From NCBI GenBank assembly GCA_963783375.1, contig CAWANH010000001.1, forward strand, positions 32,001 to 96,000: a DNA stretch of 64,000 bases, in the 5' to 3' direction. The translations under genes and the position numbers were made by a program. Below the pieces are notes generated by a model that did no database searches, had not been told where the DNA came from, and saw nothing but the letters and a program-made list of their open reading frames with translations. Numbering within the stretch: position 1 is the first letter of the stretch; every line of letters begins with the position of its first letter. This DNA is from Candidatus Eiseniibacteriota bacterium. GTDB lineage: Bacteria > Eisenbacteria > RBG-16-71-46 > JABDJR01. Below, one piece after another: positions 47,866 to 56,920 of this stretch.

Positions 47866-50351
47866 CGCCGGCGCCGCCGCTTGGTTCCCCGGCGGCCGTC
47901 TCCGGGCTTCGCCGCCCGTCCCCCTTCGGAGCCGGCCGGGGTCTTGGGACCTCCCCCGGCCTCCGCCTTGGACCGACTTCCGGACTTTCCCCCGGACTTC
48001 TTCGCGACCTTGGTCGCCGGCTTCACCGCGCTCTTCCCCCCGGAGGCGGTCTTCTTCTTCGAGCCCCGCTCCTCCCGGGCGCGCTCGTCCTTCCGGCCCG
48101 CGCGTTTCCGCCCCCCCTGCCTCCGCGATCCCTTCTCGTCCCGGCGGGAGCGGGGGCGCTCGGGCCGGGCCTTTCCCTCGAACTCGGCGCGGGCCTTGCG
48201 GGCACGGCGGGCGTCGGTCTCCTCGGGGGTTTCCTCCTCCCCCACCAGGACGAAGTCGATCTGGCGGAGTTCCTTGTTCACGGCCAGGACCTGAACCTTG
48301 ATCTGGTCGCCCAGGGTGAACCGCCGGCCGGTGTTGCTACCCATCAGCGCGAAGTCGTCCTCGAGGTACTCGTAGTAGTCGTCCCCCAGGTTGTTCACGT
48401 GCACCAGACCGCTCACGAAGTAGCGTTCCAGCTCCACGAAGAACCCGAACACCTGGACTCCGGTGATGACCCCGGCGAACTCCTCTCCCACGTGGCGCTC
48501 CATGAACTGGATCTTCTTGAGCTCCACCGAATCGCGCTCCGCGCTCTCCGCGAGCCGCTCCCGGTCGCTGGCCAGGACCGCGGTGTCGTCCAGCCACTCC
48601 GTGTAACGCGCCTTCCCGTGGATCGGCCGCTCCTGCTTCCCGGAAAGGACCCTCAGGGTCCGGTGGACCACCAGGTCCGGGTACCGGCGGATGGGCGAGG
48701 TGAAGTGGGTGTAGTCCTTGAGCGCAAGGCCGTAGTGGCCGAGGGGATGGATGTCGTAGCGGGCGCGGGCCAGGCTCCGGAGCACCAGGGTGTTCAGGAT
48801 CAGCTCCTCCGGCTTGTCCTCCACCGCCTTGAGGATCCTCTGCAGCTCCTTGGGGGGGACCTTGCCCTTCTTGTCGGCATGGAGCGAAAGGCCGAACTTC
48901 CCGATCATCTCCTGGAGCTCTTCCAGCTTCTTCTCGGCCGGATCCTCGTGGACCCGGTACATCGCGGGCATCCCGGAGTGGAGGAGATGCCGGGCCACGA
49001 TCTCGTTGGCCAGGAGCATGAACTCCTCCACCAGCCGGTGGCTCTCCAGGCGCACCACCTTGCGGATGTCCACCGGGTAGCCCTCGGCATCGAGTTCCAC
49101 CCGGCTCTCCGGCAGGTCGAAATCCAGCGCCCCCCGCTTCATCCGTTTCCCGTTCAGGACCTGGGCCATCTTCTGCAGCCGGCCCAGGAGTCCGCCAACC
49201 GGGGCCAGGCTCTTGCGCAGGGCGGCGTCACCGTCGAAGAATCCCTGGGCGTCCTCGTAGCTCAGGCGCCGGGTGGAACGGATCACCGTGTCCTCGATCC
49301 GGTAGTCGAGGATCTTGCCCCGGGGGGAAAGCCTCGCCATCATCGAGATCGCCAGACGATCCACGTCGGGGTTCAACGAGCAGAGGTGATTCGAGAGCTT
49401 TTCGGGGAGCATGGGGAGGACGCGGTCCACCAGGTAGACGCTGGTCCCCCGCGACCGGGCCTCCTGGTCCAGTGCGTCGCCGAAGCGGACGTAGTGGCTC
49501 ACGTCGGCGATGTGGACCCCCAGCTCGAACTCGCCGTCCGCGGTCTCCTCCAGGGAGAGCGCGTCGTCGAAGTCCTTGGCGCTGGCCGGATCGATGGTGA
49601 CGATCTTGGTCTTGCGGAGGTCCACCCGCCGGGAGATCTCCTCGGCGGGGACCTCGTCGGGGAGCCGGTTGGCCGCCGCCTCCACTTCCGGGGGAAACGC
49701 GGTGGGTAGCCCGTTGTGCTTGATGATGACCAGGACATCGAGGCCGGGGGCGCCGGGCATGCCGAGCACCTCGGTGATCCGTCCCACCGGGCCCGAGGTC
49801 GGCGTCCCCCAGTCCAGCACGTCCACCACCACCTTCTCGCCGTCCTGGCCCTCCCCCGCCTCGGTCAGGGGGATGAAGACGTCCTTGCGGAACTTGCGGT
49901 CGTCCGGGCGCACCATGACGAAGTGCTTGGTGCGCTGGACGGTCCCCACGAACTGGGCGCGCGCGCGCTCCAGGACCCGGACCACCTTGCCCTCGGGCCG
50001 GCCGCGGCGGGACTCCACCCGCACCACGACCTTGTCCCCGTGGTAGGCGTTTCCCAGCTCATCGGCGGGGACGTAGACGTCCTCCCCTGACTTCTCGGGG
50101 GCGAGAAACGCCGCCCCGCTCCGGATCACCGCGAGGTGGCCCACCACCAGGTTGATCCGGTCGGGCGGGGCGTACCGCCCGTGCTTGACCTGATACAGCT
50201 CTCCCACCGCCTGCAGGCCGTGGAGGAAGCTCTTGAAGTCGCGGTAGTCCTCGGTGGAGACGTCGAGCACCCGGGCCAGTTCCTTGGCCTTGAGCGGCCG
50301 GCCGGCCTTCCGTAGCGCCTCCAGGATCGGTTCCTTCAGGAAGTCGGCCAC
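47862..50351 (-). CDS. rnr: Ribonuclease R
   Basis: TIDPASAKDFDDA, HIADVS, RGTSVY, EEFMLLAN, HFTSPIRRYPDL, S1 domain, basic C-terminal tail. Confidence 0.96.
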   Translation of the reverse strand: MADFLKEPILEALRKAGRPLKAKELARVLDVSTEDYRDFKSFLHGLQAVGELYQVKHGRYAPPDRINLVVGHLAVIRSGAAFLAPEKSGEDVYVPADELGNAYHGDKVVVRVESRRGRPEGKVVRVLERARAQFVGTVQRTKHFVMVRPDDRKFRKDVFIPLTEAGEGQDGEKVVVDVLDWGTPTSGPVGRITEVLGMPGAPGLDVLVIIKHNGLPTAFPPEVEAAANRLPDEVPAEEISRRVDLRKTKIVTIDPASAKDFDDALSLEETADGEFELGVHIADVSHYVRFGDALDQEARSRGTSVYLVDRVLPMLPEKLSNHLCSLNPDVDRLAISMMARLSPRGKILDYRIEDTVIRSTRRLSYEDAQGFFDGDAALRKSLAPVGGLLGRLQKMAQVLNGKRMKRGALDFDLPESRVELDAEGYPVDIRKVVRLESHRLVEEFMLLANEIVARHLLHSGMPAMYRVHEDPAEKKLEELQEMIGKFGLSLHADKKGKVPPKELQRILKAVEDKPEELILNTLVLRSLARARYDIHPLGHYGLALKDYTHFTSPIRRYPDLVVHRTLRVLSGKQERPIHGKARYTEWLDDTAVLASDRERLAESAERDSVELKKIQFMERHVGEEFAGVITGVQVFGFFVELERYFVSGLVHVNNLGDDYYEYLEDDFALMGSNTGRRFTLGDQIKVQVLAVNKELRQIDFVLVGEEETPEETDARRARKARAEFEGKARPERPRSRRDEKGSRRQGGRKRAGRKDERAREERGSKKKTASGGKSAVKPATKVAKKSGGKSGSRSKAEAGGGPKTPAGSEGGRAAKPGDGRRGTKRRRRR

Positions 50352-50762
50352 CTACGCCCCTCCTCCCGTCCCGCTGAAGTGCTCATCCTTGCTCTTGAAC
50401 AGGACGTTGAAGCTGGTGAGCGACCCGTAGATGCGGGTCACGTACTGCTGGAGCTCCACCTTGTCCTCGTCGGTGAGCTTGGGGTGGGCGTTCACCTTGG
50501 CTTCGAGAACCCGCAACCGGTCCCGCACCATGACGATCTTGTGGAAGAAGCTCTCCAGCGGGATCTCCTTGGGCTTGGCGGTGGAGTCGCCGGGCTGGAG
50601 CACCAGGGTTCCTCCCTCCCAACGCCCCTCCAGCCGGGTCTCGGATATCCCCAGCTCCTGATCCAGGATCTCACGCAGGATCTCGCGGAGCTCGTCCACG
50701 TGCATGGTGGGGGTGAACTCGGAACTTCCGGGGGCGGGGCCCCGGTCGGAATTGTATTCCAT
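50352..50762 (-). CDS. Conserved hypothetical protein
   Basis: RWEGGTLVLQP..KEIPLESFFHKIVMVRDRLRVLE..LQQYVTRIYGSLTSFNVLF. ATG after AAGGAGG; stop abuts the rnr start. Confidence 0.75.
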   Translation of the reverse strand: MEYNSDRGPAPGSSEFTPTMHVDELREILREILDQELGISETRLEGRWEGGTLVLQPGDSTAKPKEIPLESFFHKIVMVRDRLRVLEAKVNAHPKLTDEDKVELQQYVTRIYGSLTSFNVLFKSKDEHFSGTGGGA

Positions 50763-50848
50763 GATGTCGTCCTCCTTGGCGGCGCGCCGGTGTCGAGGGC
50801 GCGCCCTAATGATGCCGGGGGGATCGGCTTCCCGCGGCGCTCCGGGGG

Positions 50849-51703
50849 TCAGGGAAGCCCTGAACCCTTTGCGGGCGAAACCGGCTGAAGCACGGTGGTC
50901 TTGTCCACCTGCTGGCCCGACCCGATGAAAATGGATTGGGATTGGTCCACATAGAAATGGGCGGGGTCGTGAAACCGAACCGTGAGTCGGGTGTTCACCT
51001 GCGCGCCGCCCTGGACCGCCCCGGCGTTGTCGGTGCGGGTGAAGGGCTCCCCTACCGGGAGGTCTTCCAGGAAATAGTTGCCGTCGGTGTCGGTGACCGC
51101 GTTCAGGACCGCCGGGTTGGTGAAGGCCAGATCGAACACCACCGGTCCGGCCCGGTTGACCAGGATCCCCTGTTCGAGGGCGGCCTTCTGGCTCCCGGCG
51201 GGCAGATATACCCTCACCGTGTAGTACCCGTTGGGCATGGCCTCCCCGATGTCGTCCTCTCCGTTCCAGGTCAGCGCCTTGACCCCGGAGAGGGAGCCGT
51301 TCAGGAGGGTCCGGACCGTGGTGGGAACCCCGCCCAGGACCGACCAGATCTCGATCTTGGCCGTGGTATCCCGATCGGTCTGAACCCGAATGGTGACCGG
51401 ACGGCTCGCCAGGTCGTAGGCCGGGTTGGGGTAGGGGAAGTCGAGGGTCACCCCGGCCGCCGGCGCGGCGGCTCCCTCCGGCGCCGGCGAAGGCAACCCG
51501 GGAGGCCCGGATCCCGGCTTCCGGCTCACCCACTCGTACACCACCGCCACCTGGATCTCCCGGATCCCGGTCCCCGCCGGATCCACCGTCCGCCCGAAAA
51601 CGGCGGTGGTATTGCCGGAGGATGACGTCAGTCCCTGACACCCGCCCCCGAAGAGGGCGGCGAGAAGTCCGGCGGCCAAGAGAAACTTGCAGTATCGGTT
51701 CAT
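50849..51703 (-). CDS. Lipoprotein with FlgD Ig-like domain
   Basis: MNRYCKFLL..GGGC lipobox; YPNP, VRTL, TWNGEDDIG..MPNGYY typical of FlgD_ig. Confidence 0.7.
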   Translation of the reverse strand: MNRYCKFLLAAGLLAALFGGGCQGLTSSSGNTTAVFGRTVDPAGTGIREIQVAVVYEWVSRKPGSGPPGLPSPAPEGAAAPAAGVTLDFPYPNPAYDLASRPVTIRVQTDRDTTAKIEIWSVLGGVPTTVRTLLNGSLSGVKALTWNGEDDIGEAMPNGYYTVRVYLPAGSQKAALEQGILVNRAGPVVFDLAFTNPAVLNAVTDTDGNYFLEDLPVGEPFTRTDNAGAVQGGAQVNTRLTVRFHDPAHFYVDQSQSIFIGSGQQVDKTTVLQPVSPAKGSGLP

Positions 51704-51829
51704 TTGTCCGCTGATCGTATCCCGCCCCGCGGGGGACGGCAACCCGTTCCGCTTGCCGGGGGAGGCCGGGGCCCGTAGCATGGGGCGGGTCTGAAACGGG
51801 TCGAGGCAGCGGGAGGAAGGAGGCAAGCG

Positions 51830-52969
51830 ATGGACCTGAGCCTTTCCGAGGAACAGCGGGCGCTCCAGGAGCTGGCCCGGGAGTTCGCCCGGAACGAGAT
51901 CGAGCCGGTGGCCGCGGAACACGACCGGACCGGCGAGTTCGCCATGGACGTCTACCGGAAGGCGTTCGGGATCGGCCTCATGAACACCCACATCCCCGAG
52001 GAGTACGGCGGGCTGGGGCTGGGAGTGTTCGAGGGGTGCCTGATCGCCGAGGAGCTGGCCGCCGGTTGCAGCGGCATCTACGCCTCGATGGAAGTGAACA
52101 CCCTGGCCCAGGCCCCCCTCATCGTGGCCGGGAGCGAGGACCAGAAGCGGCGATTCCTCGCCCCCATGACCGAATCTCTGCAGTTCGCCGCCTATGCCAT
52201 CACCGAACCCGACGCGGGGAGCGACGTGGCCTCGATCGCCACCCGGGCGGTGAAGGACGGCAACGACTACGTCCTGAACGGCCACAAGATGTGGATCACC
52301 GGAGCCGGACACGCATCATGGTTCTTCGTCCTCGCCTACACCGACCCCGAGAAGAAGCATAAGGGCATGAGCGGCTTCCTGGTTCCCGCCGACACTCCCG
52401 GGGTGCAGGTGGGAAAGAAGGAGCTCAACATGGGGCAGCGGGCCTCGGACACCCGGGCGGTGGACTTCGATGACGTGCGCGTCCCCGCCGCGAACCGCCT
52501 GGGGGACGAGGGCCGGGGCTGGTTCATCGCCATGTCCGCCTTCGACCACACCCGGCCCCCGGTGGCCTCGGGCGCGGTGGGGGTGGCCCGGCGGGCCATG
52601 GAGCACGCGATCGCCTACGCCAAGGAGCGGAAGGCCTTCGGAATGCCCATCGCCCGCCACCAGGCGATCTCCTTCATGATCGCCGACATGGCCAAGGAGG
52701 TGGCCGCGGCCCGGCTCCTGGTGTGGCAGGCCGCCTGGAAGATCGATCAGGGGGAGCGGAACACCCTCGAGGCCGCCTTCGCCAAGTGCTTCGCCGCCGA
52801 CACCGCCATGCGGGTCACCACCGACGCGGTGCAGATCTTCGGAGGCTACGGCTACAACTCCGAGTACCCGGTGGAGAAGCTCATGCGCGACGCCAAGGTG
52901 TTCCAGATCTACGAAGGCACGAGCCAGATCCAGCGGATCATCATGGCCCGCGAGCTGCTGAAGGACTGA
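51830..52969 (+). CDS. Acyl-CoA dehydrogenase
   Basis: IPEEYGG, YAITEPDAGSD, NGHKMWIT, AVQIFGGYG, RDAKVFQIYEGTSQIQR. Confidence 0.95.
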   Translation: MDLSLSEEQRALQELAREFARNEIEPVAAEHDRTGEFAMDVYRKAFGIGLMNTHIPEEYGGLGLGVFEGCLIAEELAAGCSGIYASMEVNTLAQAPLIVAGSEDQKRRFLAPMTESLQFAAYAITEPDAGSDVASIATRAVKDGNDYVLNGHKMWITGAGHASWFFVLAYTDPEKKHKGMSGFLVPADTPGVQVGKKELNMGQRASDTRAVDFDDVRVPAANRLGDEGRGWFIAMSAFDHTRPPVASGAVGVARRAMEHAIAYAKERKAFGMPIARHQAISFMIADMAKEVAAARLLVWQAAWKIDQGERNTLEAAFAKCFAADTAMRVTTDAVQIFGGYGYNSEYPVEKLMRDAKVFQIYEGTSQIQRIIMARELLKD

Positions 52970-52976
52970 GTCCGCG

Positions 52977-53555
52977 ATGGTATGGGTCCTCCTCGTCCTC
53001 GGCGCGCTCCTCCTGTGGGGAATCGCCGTTTTCAACCGCCTGGTCGGTCTAAGGAACCGCGCCCGGGGCTCCTGGTCGGACATCGACGTTCAGCTCAAGC
53101 GGCGACACGACCTGATCGGGAACCTGGTGGAGACCGTGAAGGGCTACGCCGCCCACGAGCGGACCACCCTGGACGAGGTCACCACGGCCCGGTCCCGGGC
53201 GGAGAGCGCCCGGGACGCCGCGGGTCCGGAGGAGGCCGGACGGGCGGAGTCCGCGCTCTCCGGCCGGGTGCGGGGGCTCTTCGCCCTGGCCGAAGCCTAT
53301 CCCGATCTCAAGGCCAGCGACCGGTTCCTCGATCTCCAGCGGTCCCTGGCCGAGGTCGAGAACGACATCCAGAACGCCCGCCGCTACTACAACGCGGTGG
53401 TGCGGGACCTGAATACCCGGATCCAATCCGTTCCCGACGTCCTCCTCGCCCGGCCCCTGGGGTTCAAGGAGCGGGAGTTCTTCGAGCTCAAGGACGCTTC
53501 CGAGGCGGCGGCGCCCCGGGTGGACCTGGGCGGGACCGGGGCCGCGCCCGCCTGA
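52977..53555 (+). CDS. lemA: LemA family protein
   Basis: WSDIDVQLKRRHDLI.NLVETVKGYA.HE, EAYPDLKA, ARRYYN. Confidence 0.93.
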   Translation: MVWVLLVLGALLLWGIAVFNRLVGLRNRARGSWSDIDVQLKRRHDLIGNLVETVKGYAAHERTTLDEVTTARSRAESARDAAGPEEAGRAESALSGRVRGLFALAEAYPDLKASDRFLDLQRSLAEVENDIQNARRYYNAVVRDLNTRIQSVPDVLLARPLGFKEREFFELKDASEAAAPRVDLGGTGAAPA

Positions 53556-53599
53556 TCCGGACCGAACACGACCGTCGCGATCCCAAGGGAGGTGTGCCC

Positions 53600-55354
53600 G
53601 TGACCCGACGCGCCCTGCTCATGATTTCCTTCGTCGCTCTCGCCGTCCTGGGGGCGGCATCCCCCGCCCGCGCCGACCTGGGGGGGTTCGTGATCCGGGA
53701 CTTCGACACCGAGGCCGCGGTGGAGTCCGACGCCGGCATGACGATCACCGAGCGCATCACCGTGGATTTCTCCGAGCCGCGCCACGGCATCTACCGGCTG
53801 ATCCCCGTCCGCTACACCGACCCCCTGGGCTACGGCTACGACCTGGGGTTCCGGTTCCTGGGCGCGGAGTACGAAGGGGGCGGAAAACCGGGGGTGAAGA
53901 TCGGGAACCAGGGCCGGTACGTGAACATCCGGCTCGGGGACGCCGCCCGGACGGTGACCGGCCGGAAGGTCTACGTGATCCGCTACCGGCTGGACCGCCT
54001 CGTGCACCGCCTGGCCGAGCACGACGAACTCTACCTGAACGCCACCGGCAACGAGTGGCCGGCGGTGATCGAGAAGGCCACCGCCACCATCCGGCTCCCC
54101 GCCCCGTTCCCTTCCGACTCCCTGAGCGCCCTGGCCTACACCGGGCGATTCGGCGGCCGGGGGGACGACGCGCGGATCAGCTTCCCCGCACCGGGAACGG
54201 TACGCTACGAGATCACCCGCCCCCTCCAACCCCGGGAAGGGCTCACCGTGGATCTCACCTGGCCCGCGGGCTACGTGAAGTTCCCGGGCGCACTCACCCG
54301 GATCGGCCGCTTCCTGGCCGACAACTGGGTGCTCCTGGCTCCCGTCTTCTTCACGGGGGTCCTCTGGCGCCGTTACCGGACGGCCGGCCGCGATCCGGAG
54401 GGACCCGCCGCGGTGGTCGTCCGCTACGAGCCGCCCAAGGATCTGACCGCGGCGGAGATCGGCACCCTGGTGGACGAGTCGGTGGACACCCGGGACCTGA
54501 CCGCAATGGTGGTGGACCTCGCGGTGCGGGGCTACGTCACCATCCACGTGGAGGAGAAGAGCCTCTTCCTGGGCTTGGGAAAGCGCGACGAGACCATCTT
54601 CGAGCATCGGCGCGAGAAATCCTGGGACGATCTCCCCCCGGCCGAACGCCTGCTCCTCACCGGGCTCTTCGAGACCGGCGACCGGGTCGAGGCCTCGGAC
54701 CTCAAGCAGAAGTTCTACGTTCACATCCCCAAGATCAAGGACGCGCTCTACCGGCGGCTGGTCGAACGCGACTATTTCGCCGGGAACCCGGCCTCGGTGC
54801 GCGGCCGCACCATGGGGCTCGGCGTCCTCGCCGCCGCGATCATCTTCGCGGTGGGCCTGGTGTGGATCCGCATGCGCGGCGGCATCCTCCCGAACGGCAT
54901 CGCGGTCCCCATCGTCTCCGCCGTCCTCACCTTCGGGGTCTTCCTGGCCTTCGCTCCCGCCATGCCCCGTCGCACCAAGGCCGGGGTCAAGATGCGGAAC
55001 TGGGCGCTGGGGTTCGAGGAGTTCGTGAACCGGGTGGAGAAGGAGCGGCTGGAGGCGGACCGGGTGAAGAACACCTTCGAGTCCCTCCTCCCCTACGCCA
55101 TGGCCCTGGGGGTGGCGGGGGCCTGGGCGCGGAAGTTCGAGGGCATCTACGACCAGGGGGCCCCCGGCTGGTACGTGGGGCCCCACCCAGGCGCGGTCTT
55201 CTCAACCATGGCCTTCGAGCACAGCCTGTCCTCCAGCATGAGCCGGGCCACCCAGAGCATGACCGCCGCACCGCGTTCCTCCGGGTCGAGCGGAGCGGGG
55301 GGCGGCGGGTTCTCGGGCGGAGGCGGGGGCGGGGGCGGAGGCGGCTCGTGGTAG
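53600..55354 (+). CDS. DUF2207 family membrane protein
   Basis: HGIYRLIP, ELYLNATGNEW, LPYAMALG, Gly-rich GGGFSGGGGGGGGGGSW end; follows lemA. GTG start after GGAGG. Confidence 0.88.
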   Translation: MTRRALLMISFVALAVLGAASPARADLGGFVIRDFDTEAAVESDAGMTITERITVDFSEPRHGIYRLIPVRYTDPLGYGYDLGFRFLGAEYEGGGKPGVKIGNQGRYVNIRLGDAARTVTGRKVYVIRYRLDRLVHRLAEHDELYLNATGNEWPAVIEKATATIRLPAPFPSDSLSALAYTGRFGGRGDDARISFPAPGTVRYEITRPLQPREGLTVDLTWPAGYVKFPGALTRIGRFLADNWVLLAPVFFTGVLWRRYRTAGRDPEGPAAVVVRYEPPKDLTAAEIGTLVDESVDTRDLTAMVVDLAVRGYVTIHVEEKSLFLGLGKRDETIFEHRREKSWDDLPPAERLLLTGLFETGDRVEASDLKQKFYVHIPKIKDALYRRLVERDYFAGNPASVRGRTMGLGVLAAAIIFAVGLVWIRMRGGILPNGIAVPIVSAVLTFGVFLAFAPAMPRRTKAGVKMRNWALGFEEFVNRVEKERLEADRVKNTFESLLPYAMALGVAGAWARKFEGIYDQGAPGWYVGPHPGAVFSTMAFEHSLSSSMSRATQSMTAAPRSSGSSGAGGGGFSGGGGGGGGGGSW

Positions 55355-55376
55355 CCGGCGGCGCCGGGGCTGCGGT

Positions 55377-56042
55377 ATGGGGACCGGCCGGGTTCGAGAC
55401 CTCCCCGTGACCCATACCATCGTCACCGCCACCGTGAGCCTGGTGGCCATCGCCAATCCCTTCGTGGCCCTGCCGGTCTATCTCAACCTGCGTGGCGGGG
55501 AGAGCGCCGATCCTGGCCGCACGCGGCGCGACGCCGGGCGCGCCGCGCTGGCCGTCGGGCTCTGCCTGGCCCTCTCGGTGGTGGCGGGGACGGCGGTGCT
55601 TCACGCCTTCGGGGTGAGCGTGGCCGGCCTTCGGACCGCCGGCGGCCTCATCGTCACCCTCATGGCCTTCCACATGGTTCAGGGGGAGCAGCCCGGGCCC
55701 CAGTTCTCCAAGGGGGACGAGCGGGTGGCCCAGAAACACTCGGACGAGGACCTCAGCATCTACGTGCCGCTGTCGATCCCCCTCATCGCCGGACCCGGCG
55801 CCATCACCACCGCCATCAGCCTGGCCGCCGGGCCGAGGGTGGGAACCGGGGGGGCGCTGGTCGCGGTGCTGGTGGACGCCGTTCTGGTGTTCCTGACCAT
55901 CTTCTTCGCCCGGTTCCTCTATCGCCTGCTCGGCGACTTCGGCCTCCGCCTCCTCACGCGGATCTTCGGCCTCCTGGTAATGGGCGTGGGGGTGCAGATG
56001 ACGGTGGCGGGGGTGCGCCAGCTCTGGACCACCGCGGGCTAG
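55377..56042 (+). CDS. MarC family membrane protein
   Basis: IANPF, AGGLI, VPLSIPLIAGPGAIT, TRIFGLL. Confidence 0.88.
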   Translation: MGTGRVRDLPVTHTIVTATVSLVAIANPFVALPVYLNLRGGESADPGRTRRDAGRAALAVGLCLALSVVAGTAVLHAFGVSVAGLRTAGGLIVTLMAFHMVQGEQPGPQFSKGDERVAQKHSDEDLSIYVPLSIPLIAGPGAITTAISLAAGPRVGTGGALVAVLVDAVLVFLTIFFARFLYRLLGDFGLRLLTRIFGLLVMGVGVQMTVAGVRQLWTTAG

Positions 56043-56758
56043 CCGGCGTCCGGGGAACGGATCCCGCGGGGCTTCCTCACCGAGAAGATGAACTTGTCCC
56101 TGAAGGGAACCGGCGGGCTGAACTCGAAGCCGGGGAATTCCGCCTTGTACCGGTCCATCGATCGTGAGACCTCGTAGAAGCTGTTCCTGGCCCCGTCCTC
56201 CAGCCACGAGGTGACCACGAATACCCCCCGCTCGGACAGCGATGCCCTCACGTTTCGCATGGCATACGAGAACTTGGGGTCGCTCGTGATGTGCTGCGTG
56301 ACGTCGATCATGACGATCAGATCGAACGTCTCGCCGATCTCTTCCTGGGCGACGTCCAGCTTGCGAAACCGGTAGCCGGGGAATCGGCTCCTCAGGTCGT
56401 CGAACAGGACATCCACGATATCGACGCCCAGGTAGTGGGTGCCGCCGTTGTCCATGAAGATCTCGGCGTAGAATCCGGTTCCGCACCCGACATCGAGTAG
56501 TTTCGAACTCGACAGATCGAGGCCGGTGTCGCGGCACAATGAGAGAAAGACGCTGCGCGCCTCCAGGTAGTCGTTCCGGTTGTCTTCAACGGACAGGGTC
56601 TTGTTCCCCACTCCCTGCAGGTTGAAGCGGTACTTGGAATGCCTGTCACGCCAGTAGCGCTTGGCGTTGTAGCCGTCCGGCGAGGAGTACCTCCATCTGT
56701 TCAGGATCTTCTCGGCCATCGCCTTGATCCCGTTCACCGGATTCCTGGTCAACCTCAC
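56039..56758 (-). CDS. Class I SAM-dependent methyltransferase
   Basis: YW..R, LLDVGCGTG, GVDI, FDLI..DVTQH. Confidence 0.82.
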   Translation of the reverse strand: MRLTRNPVNGIKAMAEKILNRWRYSSPDGYNAKRYWRDRHSKYRFNLQGVGNKTLSVEDNRNDYLEARSVFLSLCRDTGLDLSSSKLLDVGCGTGFYAEIFMDNGGTHYLGVDIVDVLFDDLRSRFPGYRFRKLDVAQEEIGETFDLIVMIDVTQHITSDPKFSYAMRNVRASLSERGVFVVTSWLEDGARNSFYEVSRSMDRYKAEFPGFEFSPPVPFRDKFIFSVRKPRGIRSPDAG

Positions 56759-56920
56759 AGGTCTGCCCTTACCTCTGGTTCAGGTCCGGTCGGTCGCCCG
56801 GGTTTGCGGCGCGCGACCCGACCGGCCCCGCGCCGGCGCGGTCGGCGGGCGCGGCGCATCGTTCAAAGCCGGCGGCAAGGATACACTCTCCATCGAGGGC
56901 CGTGCGAGGCCGGGTCGCGA

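Noticed and set aside
55270-55354. G-rich low-complexity tract
   Set aside because: Encodes the normal Gly-rich C-terminus of DUF2207 proteins.
55355-55415. tRNA-like GGTTCGA motif
   Set aside because: No cloverleaf or acceptor-stem pairing; overlaps the marC start region.
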